Shown: piece after piece, positions 8,070-18,655 of the stretch
Layout: the number at the start of each line of letters is the position of its first letter
How positions within the stretch are numbered: position 1 is the stretch's first letter
Position numbers and translations under genes: made by a program
Source of the DNA: a virus
Lineage: Duplodnaviria > Caudoviricetes
Length of the DNA stretch: 49,360 bases
Direction: 5' to 3' (one strand)
IMG/VR virus record: IMGVR_UViG_3300015050_000961
Location: 1-49,360 of that record
The notes under the pieces: model-generated
Told to the model about the DNA's origin: nothing
What the model saw: the letters and a program-made list of their open reading frames with translations, nothing else
The model's database searches: none

Positions 8070-10162
8070 GCGGCCTTCTCCGCTTCATAGTGCAAAGCCA
8101 TCATCGAGATGGTCGCGGGGCCGGCCTTGTTGCAACGCAGGATCGGCGCAACCATCGAGGTCTGGCCCGGCATCGGAATGCTGTTCGGGTCCGCAAAGGT
8201 GATGCGGTTGAGGCTCCCGATATTGATCGTGCGATCGTCGTCGTTGGGGTCAACCGCCACTTCGACCGCCCAAGTGTTCGTTGCGGCCAGGTCATAACCC
8301 AGCAGCCCCTTGATAGTGCCGGCCGTCTTACCGGCGAGGAACGGCAATTCAGCCAGTGCCTCGATTTCGTCGTCGTCCGGATATGTCTCGCCGTCCGCGC
8401 CGCCGTAGGTGAAGATGGCGTCTCCGGCTCGCACGTACAGCTTCTTGCCGATGCGGATCATCGCTTGGATGTCGTCGCCGTCGAATTCCTCCGGCTCGTA
8501 GTACGTCCACGCGCTGATCTTCGCGCCGGGGAAGTAACTCAGCACGAAGATGCGGTCCCCGATCGCCATAAGAAGCCGGCCATCGCGCGGCTCGATCGCG
8601 CCGAGCGCGGCGCGATAACGCTGCACGGGCAAGGTGTCGACGTATTCCTGGACAAAGGTGTCGATTGCGTTGCCGACGTCGGACACGAACGGCGCATTGG
8701 TCTGGTCACGCGCCTTCAGGCTGCGAATGCCGGTGATGTCGAGGTAGAAAACATCGGTGTTGCCGTACCCGATCGCAGACTTGCTGGCCTCGGTGCCGGT
8801 CTTCTCGAGCGCCTCGGCAAACGCGAAATTCGCAGGGTCGACGTCAAGATTGAACAGCACAACTTCAGCGCCGCTGAAAATCGCGGCCTGGCCTTGGTAG
8901 CGCGCGGCCACCACGAGCTTTTCGTTGCCTTCGGTTTCCGAGGCCACGTTGACGAAGCCAGAATCGTTGTCCGACGTGGCGTTCGCCGGATCCCAGATGT
9001 CTGCGCGGCTCAACATGCAGTAGCGCCACAGGCTCCCCACGGGGCTGAAGACGCGTTTCTTGTCCACGTAAAGAGATCGGCCAGTGCCGGATGCAAGGCC
9101 CGTAACTTTGTACGCGGTGCCGTCGATCGTGATTGTGAAGGTGTCGGCCGCTTGGAACGTGCCGCTGAGTGCAGCGCGCGTGATCTGCGCGACGGGCTCG
9201 ACCTCGGTGACGCCACCAGCCATCGCGGCCTCGGCGTCCACGGTGACGTTGCCGGTCGTCGTCGCAACGACTTCGTAGCCGTTGGGGGTGGCGCCGGTCC
9301 CAATGCCGGCTGAGATGGTCACGATCTTGTCGATCGCCTCGGCCGAATAGCCGTGCGTGGCGTTGCCGTTGTTGATTTCCGTCGCCAGTTGAATGGCCGT
9401 CGTTCCGTCGGAGCCCGTCCAGTCAACTGGCGCCCCAAGCAGTTCCGTCGCGTTGTTGATGAGAACCGACGAAATGGTGTTCACGCCTGCATCAGCACTA
9501 CCGCCGGTCACTTCCACGGTCGCGGTCGCGCGCACCTCGGCGACTGCCGCCACGTTGGCTTGCACCGTAGTCAGGGTGATGTCCTGGTCGTTATTGGCCC
9601 CGCCGTCGGTCGTCGACTTCGAAATCGTGAACGCCGTCCCCGCTTCTTTCGCAGTGATGGTGAGCGCGCTACCGAACGGCAACACGCTCACCGCGTCGTT
9701 CGATTCGATCTTCTCGGCGAGGGCTTCGGCGACGGTCGTGAAGCTCGCCATGCTGGCGGCGATGACGTCCCAATCGCTGACCCGGGTGCCGTTGTAGAAA
9801 TGATAGACGTGGCCGTCGTCGTACTCCGCGATCGCGTAAAACGATCCGCTAAAGGCACGCACGTCCAAGAGCTTGACCATCGCGGGCGTGCCGGGCGCCT
9901 GGAGCCGCTGGTACTGCACGCCGTTCGGCATCGACGACGCTAGGTTCGCGCTGCCGAACACGTAGAGCTGGCCACGTATGGCGGCCGCGCCCAGCGTGCC
10001 GGGCACACTGTAGGTGGAGACGAATTTCTTGCGGCGCTCGATGTCGCCACCGCGCGTGATGTGGACGTTCTTGCCGTTCCAGAGCGAGCCGGGAAGGCCA
10101 GCGACACGCTTGCGCCGCCGATCCATGCCTGCGTTGAAATTTTCGACGACGATGTACGCCAC
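8066..10162 (-). CDS. Tail tubular protein B / nozzle
   Basis: 698 aa, starts YIVVENFNAGMDRRR...NVHITRGGDIERR, beta-rich; follows the adaptor. Confidence 0.75.
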   Translation of the reverse strand: MAYIVVENFNAGMDRRRKRVAGLPGSLWNGKNVHITRGGDIERRKKFVSTYSVPGTLGAAAIRGQLYVFGSANLASSMPNGVQYQRLQAPGTPAMVKLLDVRAFSGSFYAIAEYDDGHVYHFYNGTRVSDWDVIAASMASFTTVAEALAEKIESNDAVSVLPFGSALTITAKEAGTAFTISKSTTDGGANNDQDITLTTVQANVAAVAEVRATATVEVTGGSADAGVNTISSVLINNATELLGAPVDWTGSDGTTAIQLATEINNGNATHGYSAEAIDKIVTISAGIGTGATPNGYEVVATTTGNVTVDAEAAMAGGVTEVEPVAQITRAALSGTFQAADTFTITIDGTAYKVTGLASGTGRSLYVDKKRVFSPVGSLWRYCMLSRADIWDPANATSDNDSGFVNVASETEGNEKLVVAARYQGQAAIFSGAEVVLFNLDVDPANFAFAEALEKTGTEASKSAIGYGNTDVFYLDITGIRSLKARDQTNAPFVSDVGNAIDTFVQEYVDTLPVQRYRAALGAIEPRDGRLLMAIGDRIFVLSYFPGAKISAWTYYEPEEFDGDDIQAMIRIGKKLYVRAGDAIFTYGGADGETYPDDDEIEALAELPFLAGKTAGTIKGLLGYDLAATNTWAVEVAVDPNDDDRTINIGSLNRITFADPNSIPMPGQTSMVAPILRCNKAGPATISMMALHYEAEKAA

Positions 10163-10165
10163 GCG

Positions 10166-10855
10166 TCACCCGACCCGGATGATGGCTTTTTGGGGAGTGC
10201 CGCCGCGGGGGCCTTGGCCGCCGATGCGGAAGCTCTCCGTCCCGGTCTTGGACCGCGCCTTCTTGCGCAGAAAGCGTTGCTGCGCGGCCATGAGCTTGGC
10301 CTGCACGTTCCTATCTTTCGGCAAAAGCTCAACGGCCGAATAGAGAATCACAAGGTGGTCGTCGACCAAGCACCGATCGGCGTCGTCGACCATCTGGGCG
10401 AATTTCTTGAAGCCGCGGAATTGCATCTCGCCTTCCGCGTCAGGCAACGGCCAAATCTCGACCATCTCTCGGGTGTCGACGAACCGCACGTCCCACCGCT
10501 CCGGCGGGTCCATGCGCGCGTCGGCTTCCGGGTCGTAGATGGCGTATTGCTCGAAGCCGATACCGCGCGTCAGCGGCTTCGGCTTGCCGTTCCACCAGTA
10601 GACGACCTCGTCCGTGGAATCGGCGTCGAGCTCCGCGGGGAAATCGTAGTGCCGCTGGCCGGCGTTGACTGCCTTCTTCGGAGTGATGACCGATAGATGC
10701 GGCCAATCATACTCCTCGTAGATCGTCTCGTAGTTGCGCTGAAGAGTGCGCTTCAGCGACGGCAGGTCCGCAACGCCGGCAGCCGGGTCGACGGATCGAC
10801 CCAGCTCGGCGCGCAAATCGTAAATCAACTGGCCGAATTGGCGACGAAGCGCCAT
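10166..10855 (-). CDS. Tail tubular protein A / head-tail adaptor
   Basis: 229 aa with YDWPHL, GQRHYDFP and EIWPLPD motifs. Confidence 0.75.
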   Translation of the reverse strand: MALRRQFGQLIYDLRAELGRSVDPAAGVADLPSLKRTLQRNYETIYEEYDWPHLSVITPKKAVNAGQRHYDFPAELDADSTDEVVYWWNGKPKPLTRGIGFEQYAIYDPEADARMDPPERWDVRFVDTREMVEIWPLPDAEGEMQFRGFKKFAQMVDDADRCLVDDHLVILYSAVELLPKDRNVQAKLMAAQQRFLRKKARSKTGTESFRIGGQGPRGGTPQKAIIRVG

Positions 10856-10861
10856 GAAGGC

Positions 10862-11290
10862 TTACTCCGCGAAGGAGGGCTCTTGAATCTTTGTGGCTTT
10901 GCCCGCGACCGGCACTTCCGCCGGATCATCGTCTTCTTCCTCGACCACCGGTGCGAGATCGAGCTCTTTCGGCAGAGGGTTGCGGTCGTGGCCGAACAAG
11001 TCGCGGATCATCCGCATCTTCTTGTCGGCGCTCTCGGCAACAGTGGTCGCAGGATTGGCGAACATGGCGACCAAGCGATCGCGTTCCTCTTTGTCGGTGC
11101 GGGGGCGCTTCTTGGTGGCCGAAACCGCGACTTCGGCGATGCCGCCCGTGTCGACGATGCTGACCACGGCGTCCGCGCCGTGCAGCGCACGCAGGAGTTC
11201 GATCTCCGGCGCAGTCACGCCGGACTTCGGCACCTCGTTGAGCACACTGCCCTGGAGCCGCACCTTGCAGTCGTACAGCTTGAAACTCAT
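10862..11290 (-). CDS. Hypothetical head-region protein
   Basis: 142 aa, VTAPEIELLRALHG, good RBS. Confidence 0.65.
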   Translation of the reverse strand: MSFKLYDCKVRLQGSVLNEVPKSGVTAPEIELLRALHGADAVVSIVDTGGIAEVAVSATKKRPRTDKEERDRLVAMFANPATTVAESADKKMRMIRDLFGHDRNPLPKELDLAPVVEEEDDDPAEVPVAGKATKIQEPSFAE

Positions 11291-11310
11291 CCCCTTACTC
11301 CGAAAGTTGT

Positions 11311-11336
11311 GAGACGCGGGCCGAAGCCCGCGTCTC
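11311..11336 (-). terminator. Hairpin after the capsid/decoration genes
   Basis: Perfect 11-bp stem GAGACGCGGGC with cUUCGg loop on the minus strand; weak U-tract. Confidence 0.65.
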
Positions 11337-11348
11337 TGGTTTCAATTA

Positions 11349-12611
11349 TCAACCGGCGTACTGCGCGACACCCTGGTTTCCAGGATCCGGCAGGTTGACC
11401 ACCAGCTTGTAGCCGGCGGTGCCGTCGAGCGTGGTGAGCGGCGTGTAGGTGCCGCGGACATCACCCGTGGTCGCCGTCGCCGTCGACGTGACACCTGCGA
11501 CGAAGGTGCCGCTCAACTGACCGGCCGCCGTGGTGTCGATCTCGATGCAGAACCACAGGTCCGCCGAGGCGTTGAACGCCGAGTCGAGCGCGAGCTCGAT
11601 CGCCGCGTCCTTGGCGATGGCGGTCGAAGCGTGGCCGAGGGTGGCCGTCGCCGTGTCGATCTCACCGGCGACTGCGCTGTTGGCGATCGTGACGACACCG
11701 CCGTCAACCGCCACAGTGGCAATCTTCGCCGTGACCGTGCCGCCGGTCGTGATCGTGCCCTGCGAGACGGTCGTGATCTTGCGGATCGCGCCGGCAACGG
11801 GGGAGACCACGTACATCGAGGTGCCCGCGTCGAGCAGGGCCTCGGTGATCTGGCCGCAGAGGTAGACGACGCCCGGCCGACGCGGCAGAGCCACGCCGTT
11901 CTTCAGTTCGGCGACGATGTACGAGGCATCCGGAATGAAGACCGGAAGACCCAGTTTGCTGCCGGTGCCGACAGTCGCGCCGGTGATGGTCGCGCTGGTC
12001 GTAACCGACGACACCGACTTGAACGCCTTGGTGCCGGTGTGCGACGTGCCCGACGCGGAGGATTCAACGACGGTGTTGCCGTCGACGTCCTTGCCGGTGA
12101 TCGTCAGAACCGCGGCGTTCGACCATGCCGCCACGACGTTGCGGGGCGTATCGAAAACCACGGCGCCATTCGACGCGAGCGCGCCGTTGATGACGAACGC
12201 CGTGCCGGCGCCGGTGACAGTCTGCGAAGCAGCGATGCCGTCGGAGTCGGTTGCGATCGGGCTGCCCAGATCGAGCAGAGCGTACTCACTGCGAACGATC
12301 TTTTCGTTGAGCACCCGCACCCGGTACGGATCGTTGTTGTCCGTGCCGAGCATGTCGAGCTGGAGGTTGACCCGCGAACCGGCGGGCAGCGTGGTCGTGC
12401 CGAGATAGGTCACGGTGATGTACGACGCCGACGCAAACGACAGCGTGAAGCCCGTCGGGTTCGAATACATCTTCTGGTGGCCGGCCGACCACATCTTGTG
12501 GCCGACGGCACCGGAAAACGAACCGGCGTTGGTGCCGGTCGGGTAGCTCACGGTGAACGTGCCGCTGGTGGCGACGTCCGCGGAGAGCGTGGTTTCGGTC
12601 TTTTTGAACAT
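11349..12611 (-). CDS. Capsid decoration / minor capsid protein
   Basis: 420 aa, T/A/G-rich beta protein directly after the major capsid gene; PRNV...GTKAFK...LGLP and TGDVRGTYTP segments. Confidence 0.65.
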   Translation of the reverse strand: MFKKTETTLSADVATSGTFTVSYPTGTNAGSFSGAVGHKMWSAGHQKMYSNPTGFTLSFASASYITVTYLGTTTLPAGSRVNLQLDMLGTDNNDPYRVRVLNEKIVRSEYALLDLGSPIATDSDGIAASQTVTGAGTAFVINGALASNGAVVFDTPRNVVAAWSNAAVLTITGKDVDGNTVVESSASGTSHTGTKAFKSVSSVTTSATITGATVGTGSKLGLPVFIPDASYIVAELKNGVALPRRPGVVYLCGQITEALLDAGTSMYVVSPVAGAIRKITTVSQGTITTGGTVTAKIATVAVDGGVVTIANSAVAGEIDTATATLGHASTAIAKDAAIELALDSAFNASADLWFCIEIDTTAAGQLSGTFVAGVTSTATATTGDVRGTYTPLTTLDGTAGYKLVVNLPDPGNQGVAQYAG

Positions 12612-12625
12612 TGTGCTGCTCTCCG

Positions 12626-13672
12626 TTACGCGATGCTGTAAACGCCGTGGGCGTTACGCTGTTTGCAGACGAGGCCGCCCATGTAGGTCATGGCGCGATA
12701 GAAGACGTACTTGTTCTCCGGACGCGCCGGGAAGTGCTTCTTCATGTTCTCGCCGTCGACCACCCACGGGGTGATGAACCGCTCGTCGATGACGTAGAGA
12801 TACTTCGCCTTCGACAGGTCATCGAGCGTCGGGTCGTACTGGATCTTGTTGCCCTTGAACGAAATGTCGGCCATGCCGGCATCGGTGTTCTTCTGCGAGG
12901 TCCAGCCTTCGAGGGTGTAGTTGCCCTTGGAGCGCAGTTCCTTCTCCATCCACTCGATGAAGTCGGAGCCGGCGAGCCAGGTCTTCGGATTGCCGCCGTA
13001 GCGACGAAGCTGGCGCCATTCCTTCTGAAGCTTCGCGACGACCACCTGCGCGGACGCGTCCGACGTGCTCAGAGCGAGCGACGCGCGGTTGCGCCAGCCG
13101 GAATTGGCCGACTGATCGATGCCGCCAACGATGGTGGCGGACGTCGGGTCGTTGAGGATGATCGACGTCAGGCCCGGTACGAGCTTGGGATCGGACGTGC
13201 CGTCCGCCCAATACATCGCGTTGAAGCCACGGTCGATGCCCTCCATCATATCGTCGAACTTCTCTTCGAGAATGTTGACGAGCGCGGTGAGCTCACGATC
13301 GCTGTGATCCGATTCACCCTTGCCGGTGGTCGTATCGGTGATCGAGATGCCGTCCTTGGCGCATTCGTGCATCGAGAACTGGATGCCGGCGTGAATCAGC
13401 TTCCACGGGTAGCTGTAACGCTTCGTGTTGGCTGGGTTGCTGTAGCCGACCTCGTCGTCGTTCTCGAAGCCCTGAATGGTCGTCGAGTATTCGAACTTGG
13501 CGGCGCCGGTGAGAAACTCTTTGCCACCCGGGAAAGTCTTCTCGTTGGCGCGGAGGGCCTTGAGAAGGGGCTTGTCCTGGAGAGTCTGCGCCTGGACTTT
13601 CCGGCGCTCGAGGTAGAAGTCGAGGGTGGAGTTGGCAATCGTCTCCACCTGCTGAACGGTAAACGAACCCAT
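12626..13672 (-). CDS. Major capsid protein
   Basis: 348 aa after the scaffold; KTFPGGK, YPWKLIHAGI, IQYDPTLDD. Confidence 0.85.
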   Translation of the reverse strand: MGSFTVQQVETIANSTLDFYLERRKVQAQTLQDKPLLKALRANEKTFPGGKEFLTGAAKFEYSTTIQGFENDDEVGYSNPANTKRYSYPWKLIHAGIQFSMHECAKDGISITDTTTGKGESDHSDRELTALVNILEEKFDDMMEGIDRGFNAMYWADGTSDPKLVPGLTSIILNDPTSATIVGGIDQSANSGWRNRASLALSTSDASAQVVVAKLQKEWRQLRRYGGNPKTWLAGSDFIEWMEKELRSKGNYTLEGWTSQKNTDAGMADISFKGNKIQYDPTLDDLSKAKYLYVIDERFITPWVVDGENMKKHFPARPENKYVFYRAMTYMGGLVCKQRNAHGVYSIA

Positions 13673-13690
13673 TTCTTACACCTGCGGTGC

Positions 13691-14776
13691 TTATGCCACC
13701 GACGCTAAAGCTCGCTTCGCCGCCTCTACGGCATTGGCTGGCTTCGACATCGATCGGCTTGAAGCAACGTCTGTGATGGGTGTGACCGCCTTCGGCTTCG
13801 GAGCGAGTCGCTTGAACTCGTCGTTCACGTCGGACAGCGCCTTATCGGCGAACTTGACCGCGTCTTCGGGCGTCCACCGGAAATTCCGGTCCTGACGTTC
13901 CCGCTTCAGCGTCTCAAGCTCCACAAGCTGCATCACGCGCGCTTGCTTCTGTTTCCAATCAGGGTCCGATCCGGCTTTGGAGGATTCCCACTTCGCGACC
14001 GCGTCCGAAACTTGGGTCTGCTGGGTCTCAAAATCCTGCTGCTGCTTGAGCGTCTGTTCGCGAGTGTCGCGCTGCTGAACCTGCTGTGTCGCAAGAGCGG
14101 CCGCGGACTTACTGCGCGCGAGATCGCGAGCATGTGCTTCCGTGATCTGCCCCTGGTTGACCGCCTGTTGGAGGTCTTCAGGGAGCCGAACACCGACCAG
14201 CCCTTCGAGCTGATCCATGATCGGTCGCAGAGTCTCGTAAGCTTTCAGCGGGTTGGTCTTGAGATCCCGCATCACGTCGAAGCCCTGGTTCACCTCGTCT
14301 TTCGAGAGACCAGCTTCTTCGACGTAGCGCACGAGTTGGTCGTACGAAGCCGCTTTAGGCTCCAGTTCGTCCACCCGGCGAGCCTTCGGTTCAAGTTCAT
14401 CAAGCTGACGCTTGAGATTGACCTTGTCGGCCGTCAGGTTCTCGATACGCGCCCGAGTCTTCGGTTTGAGCCGAGCGAGCTCCTCCGGAGTCAGATCGTC
14501 TGCCGCCTTTGCCTGTTCGCCGCCTTCGGCGGGTTTGTCGGCATTGTCGGCTTTCGAACCCTCGGTTTCGGAGGCGGACGATTTCTCCTTCGTGGGATCC
14601 AGCGCTGCCTTTACTCGAGACAGCAGGTCGCCCTTAGCGTCCTGGGGTTCCGCAGTCGACGACTCTACGGGTTGCTTAGCGTCGGCATTTGGTTCGGTCT
14701 GTACGACGTCGACCTTGGTCTCAGCGACCGCGGCCTCACCGCTCTCGACCTTGTCTTCCGGAGACGATCCCGGCAT
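13691..14776 (-). CDS. Scaffolding protein
   Basis: Acidic coiled-coil protein between portal and capsid; ATG at 14776 with GAGAGGG RBS. Confidence 0.75.
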   Translation of the reverse strand: MPGSSPEDKVESGEAAVAETKVDVVQTEPNADAKQPVESSTAEPQDAKGDLLSRVKAALDPTKEKSSASETEGSKADNADKPAEGGEQAKAADDLTPEELARLKPKTRARIENLTADKVNLKRQLDELEPKARRVDELEPKAASYDQLVRYVEEAGLSKDEVNQGFDVMRDLKTNPLKAYETLRPIMDQLEGLVGVRLPEDLQQAVNQGQITEAHARDLARSKSAAALATQQVQQRDTREQTLKQQQDFETQQTQVSDAVAKWESSKAGSDPDWKQKQARVMQLVELETLKRERQDRNFRWTPEDAVKFADKALSDVNDEFKRLAPKPKAVTPITDVASSRSMSKPANAVEAAKRALASVA

Positions 14777-14788
14777 TGCGTCCCTCTC

Positions 14789-14830
14789 TTTGTCGGTTGG
14801 AATAATCCGACAAAGCCGACAAAATGTCAA
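14789..14830 (-). promoter_or_regulatory. Predicted scaffold/capsid promoter with three CCGACAAA boxes
   Basis: TTGACA at 14825-14830 followed by TTTTGTCGGCTTTGTCGGATTATT and an inverted CCGACAAA. Confidence 0.6.
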
Positions 14831-16986
14831 ACAGAAGGCGTGCCGGGTTGCGGCGTCGTGTACTCCGGCTGTGACTGCGGCTCGTTGTTCTGCGTGCTCT
14901 CGGCGTTATCGCCGCCCTGATCGCCTTGCTGATTGGGATCGTTCGGCCCGGCGCCGGCCTGCATGTTCGTGCCGGACATCTTGTTGAGCGACGCCATCGA
15001 CGGCATGCCTTCGACGTAGCCTTCCTCGATGTCCATGTCGAAGAGGGTCAACGCCTTCTGCGCCCACGGGCGCGGGTTCATACCAGGGATCACCTGGATG
15101 TACGGCATCGCGCGCTCCCAGTTCGCCAACTCGGCCGCACGGTTCGGGCGGCCGCTTGATCCGGCCTCGATGCCGAGAACAAGATCCTTCACCACCTGCT
15201 CGCGAGACGGCGGCGTATCGGGCCACACTGCACCGGGACCAACGATCTCGATAACCGTGTCCTTGGTCAGCTCGAGCAGCATCAGTTGGCCCATAGCGCG
15301 CGCGAGCGCAGTCAGCATGGTGTCGAGGTCGTCGACGTCGCTGCCGGCGGCCGTCATGCGGCTCTGTTCGGCGATCGACGTCTCCGTCGCGGTGTCACCA
15401 GACGTGCCGCCGAGGTTCGCTTGCTGACCCCCGACGGACATCTGGAGGTCCGTCATAGTCGTGCTGGTCTCGTAGAGATTGGGATCGACGCCGGGCGTCT
15501 TCAGCCAGCCGATCTGATCCTCGGCCCGTTCGCCAACTTGAACGGAATTCAGTTCAATGACTTCGAAGGGTTCTTTGGTCCTAAACTGCGTAACGTCCTC
15601 TTTGCTCAGCTTTCCCTTGATCGCAACCGGCCGCGGTCGCGCAGCGATGCGGTGCTCGCGCCGACCTTGGCCGGCCGAATTCCATTCCTTCTGCATGTGC
15701 CGCGCGTTCCACACGTCGGACGGCGGGAATATCTCATCTTCATCCTCGATCTCGTTGAGCACGAGCGGAAACAACGTCCAGAAGCGTTCGATCTTCACGT
15801 CGGGCTCAGCCGGCGCTTTCAAAAAGTCAGGATAGCCGTCGCAGACGGTGTAAACCTCGCCGTTGACCTTGTCCTGCACCTCCCAGACACGAGCGCGCGA
15901 CTTTTTGTCGACCGACGTGGTCGTCTTGCCTTCTTTGTTGTACGCCGTGAAGTTCCCGGTGACATCGACCTTGTAGACCTCCAGGATCTTCTCCGGGGTC
16001 ATCTCGAATTCCTGCGACACGCGACGGCAACCGGCGAATGTCTTCAGATGGCGGCAATCGCGATCCGGAATGATCTCGGTAGAGCGTGGGAAGCTCAGCA
16101 CCGGCCCTTCGCGCACGATGATCTCGACCTTGGACTGAAGGTTCTCGATCAAGATTTTCAGTTCTTCCGTCTTTGCGCTGTTCTCCTCGTAGGCAGCATC
16201 ACCCTTGGCCATGCACGCAAGCATCGCTTCGATCTTGGCCACCTGATCGGTCGCATCGGCGATCTTCGATTCGATGTCCGGACGCTTCTCGAGCACGCGC
16301 TGAAAACCCAGCTTGACGTAGCCGACGCCGCAGACCTTTCCGCGACGCACGAGCGCCTTGAGCTGCTCCTTGTAACCGCTGTCCTGCTCGTCGAAATAGT
16401 ACGCGAACAACAACTGCATGGTCTTTGCCATGCGGTCGTAGAGAAGCATCTCCTGTTTCGCGGCCTGCACTTCGGCCAGCAACGCCGCGGCGTTCGGGTC
16501 CGGCTGCGCGACAACCACGGGCTGCTGTGTCGCCGGGTCGATGGTCGGCTGTCCCGTGAGAGGATCAGCGACCGGCGCTATGATCGGCGGCGCGGCAAGC
16601 GCGGCTTGGATGGACGCAGGGTCGCCATCCCAAATCTGGAACAGCAATTTCTTCTTGCGCTTCGCGATCGACGTCGGATTTTTTGCGTACAGCGTTGCGA
16701 CCGCCTGGTTGATGAGGCGGTTGATGATCGGGACGACGTAGCTGCCACTCTCGGCCTCGGCATCCGCCGTCGTGGTCGTGCCGTGCGCCGCCAGCTTCAT
16801 GCAGGTGCGCATGCGCTTGAACGCCGGTGCCCAATGATCTTTGGACGCCTTGATGTCCTTGATGATGTCCTGGACGAGCGCTGTACGCTCGGGAGGTACG
16901 TCGACCGGTGTGACCTGCGTTGCCGCCTGCGGCGTGCCAGTGCCGGCACCGCCTTCGGTCACGTCGCCTTCTTCAGTTACAGCCAT
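14827..16986 (-). CDS. Portal protein
   Basis: 719 aa after TerL; GVGYVKLGF, TATETSIA, IEAGSSGRPN. Confidence 0.85.
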   Translation of the reverse strand: MAVTEEGDVTEGGAGTGTPQAATQVTPVDVPPERTALVQDIIKDIKASKDHWAPAFKRMRTCMKLAAHGTTTTADAEAESGSYVVPIINRLINQAVATLYAKNPTSIAKRKKKLLFQIWDGDPASIQAALAAPPIIAPVADPLTGQPTIDPATQQPVVVAQPDPNAAALLAEVQAAKQEMLLYDRMAKTMQLLFAYYFDEQDSGYKEQLKALVRRGKVCGVGYVKLGFQRVLEKRPDIESKIADATDQVAKIEAMLACMAKGDAAYEENSAKTEELKILIENLQSKVEIIVREGPVLSFPRSTEIIPDRDCRHLKTFAGCRRVSQEFEMTPEKILEVYKVDVTGNFTAYNKEGKTTTSVDKKSRARVWEVQDKVNGEVYTVCDGYPDFLKAPAEPDVKIERFWTLFPLVLNEIEDEDEIFPPSDVWNARHMQKEWNSAGQGRREHRIAARPRPVAIKGKLSKEDVTQFRTKEPFEVIELNSVQVGERAEDQIGWLKTPGVDPNLYETSTTMTDLQMSVGGQQANLGGTSGDTATETSIAEQSRMTAAGSDVDDLDTMLTALARAMGQLMLLELTKDTVIEIVGPGAVWPDTPPSREQVVKDLVLGIEAGSSGRPNRAAELANWERAMPYIQVIPGMNPRPWAQKALTLFDMDIEEGYVEGMPSMASLNKMSGTNMQAGAGPNDPNQQGDQGGDNAESTQNNEPQSQPEYTTPQPGTPSV

Positions 16987-16987
16987 T

Positions 16988-18655
16988 TCACCACCTCGAC
17001 ATCATGTTTGCGGACTTGCGTTCGCGTTCCTGCTTCGCGGTCTGCGCAAGCATCCATTTCACCGAACCGACTCGGACTACGTTGTCGCTACGATGCGGCG
17101 CATCCGCCGCAATCTCCTTCGTGAGACCCATGCCGATGTGCGACAACCAGTCGACGAAGTCGTCATTCGTTCCGTAGGGGAATTTCAAAAGCTGATTGCG
17201 CGCGTCGGCCCACCACGGCGCGAACGCCGGGAAGTGAATCTTCTGCATGCGCATGCGGCCTTGGACGGCGCGAGCACGCGTCTTCTTGTCCTTCGAGACC
17301 GTCACCGGGTCGATCGCGGTGTAAATTTTCTCTTCGAGCATCCGCTTGTGCAGGAACGGCCCGAACGACTTCGAGATGAGCTCGCTCTCCATCCACCACA
17401 GGTCTGGCTTGTGCGCCTTGAACTTCAGAAGCAGCTCGTCGACCGTACGGTCGGTCTCCATGCGTTCCCACACAAGGTCGGGCAACACCCAGATGTCATC
17501 GTTCTCGTCGATGCCGACGCAACCAAGGACCGTGAAGTCCGCCTTCTGCTTTTCGGACACCGCGTGATCGCTGGCGCCGTACTTGCGGATGTTCGTCGGG
17601 ATGTCGGCCGGGCTGTGATACTCGACCAAGTCCGCCGCCGTAAAAAATTCGCCATCTTCCGGCGCGGGCCGGCCCATGCGCAGCGCAGTGAAGCCGCGCT
17701 TGTCGAGCCGCTTCTGCTTGGCCAGGAATTCGAGCGAAAATCGCTGCGGCCAAAGCGCCGCGATCGGCTTCGTGCCGAACTGAGCGCGCACTAGCGGCTC
17801 CTGCTGCACGCGCAGGGTCAACCCCAATGCCTTCGCGAGCGCCGGGTCTTCAACCACGGCTGGGATGTTAATGTGCAACCAATCCTCGGCGATGCCGGAG
17901 TATTTCTTGTGACGCTCCGGGTGGTCCGGATCGCAGAGCCGGCCGATCAGGTCGTCTTCGTGCCATCGCGTATGCACGACGACCATCGCGCTGTCGTTGT
18001 GAATGCGGGTACTCGCCACCTTCGTGAACCAGTTCCACGTCCGGTCGCGATAGAGTTCGCTTTGCGCGTCGTCGTCGTTACGAATCGGATCGTCGACGAT
18101 GAAGACGTCCGCGGGCTTACCGGTGCCGGAACCGCCGACGCCGACGAACGCCAGCTTGCCGCCCTTGGTGGAAATCAGAAGGTCTTTCGCCTGGCCGCCT
18201 TTGCGCAGCTCAAATTCCGGGAAGACCTGATGATGCGAATCCGAGATGAGGATGTTGCGCACGTCATCGCCGAACTCGTTCGCGAAATCCTGATTGTAGC
18301 TGCCGAGAATGGCGTTGAGAGTTGGCCGCCGCCCGAACATCCACGACGGGCCGCGGCGCGACAACACCTCTGATTTGCCGGTCTGCGGGCCAATCGAGAC
18401 AGCCGCGTTCTTGTCGCCGCGCTCGGTGAGGGGTTCGCCACGGGCAATCTTCTCGAGGATCTGGCAAAGCAACTGCGCTTGCGGCGTGATGGTGTAGCGC
18501 GACACCCGTGCGTCATCCGGATCGTTCGGCTCAGGCATCGTGAACAGGATGTACTTGAGCAAACTGTCCTTGGCTTCGCGCGCAGCTTCGAGGCGCTCCG
18601 CTGCTTTCAGCGTCGCCTTGCGAAGTTCAAGATGCCGTTGCTCGGTCGAGGTCAT
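16988..18655 (-). CDS. terL: Terminase large subunit
   Basis: Walker A GPQTGKS, Walker B FIVDDPI, TRWHEDD, nuclease ASDHA and DDFVD. Confidence 0.95.
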   Translation of the reverse strand: MTSTEQRHLELRKATLKAAERLEAAREAKDSLLKYILFTMPEPNDPDDARVSRYTITPQAQLLCQILEKIARGEPLTERGDKNAAVSIGPQTGKSEVLSRRGPSWMFGRRPTLNAILGSYNQDFANEFGDDVRNILISDSHHQVFPEFELRKGGQAKDLLISTKGGKLAFVGVGGSGTGKPADVFIVDDPIRNDDDAQSELYRDRTWNWFTKVASTRIHNDSAMVVVHTRWHEDDLIGRLCDPDHPERHKKYSGIAEDWLHINIPAVVEDPALAKALGLTLRVQQEPLVRAQFGTKPIAALWPQRFSLEFLAKQKRLDKRGFTALRMGRPAPEDGEFFTAADLVEYHSPADIPTNIRKYGASDHAVSEKQKADFTVLGCVGIDENDDIWVLPDLVWERMETDRTVDELLLKFKAHKPDLWWMESELISKSFGPFLHKRMLEEKIYTAIDPVTVSKDKKTRARAVQGRMRMQKIHFPAFAPWWADARNQLLKFPYGTNDDFVDWLSHIGMGLTKEIAADAPHRSDNVVRVGSVKWMLAQTAKQERERKSANMMSRW

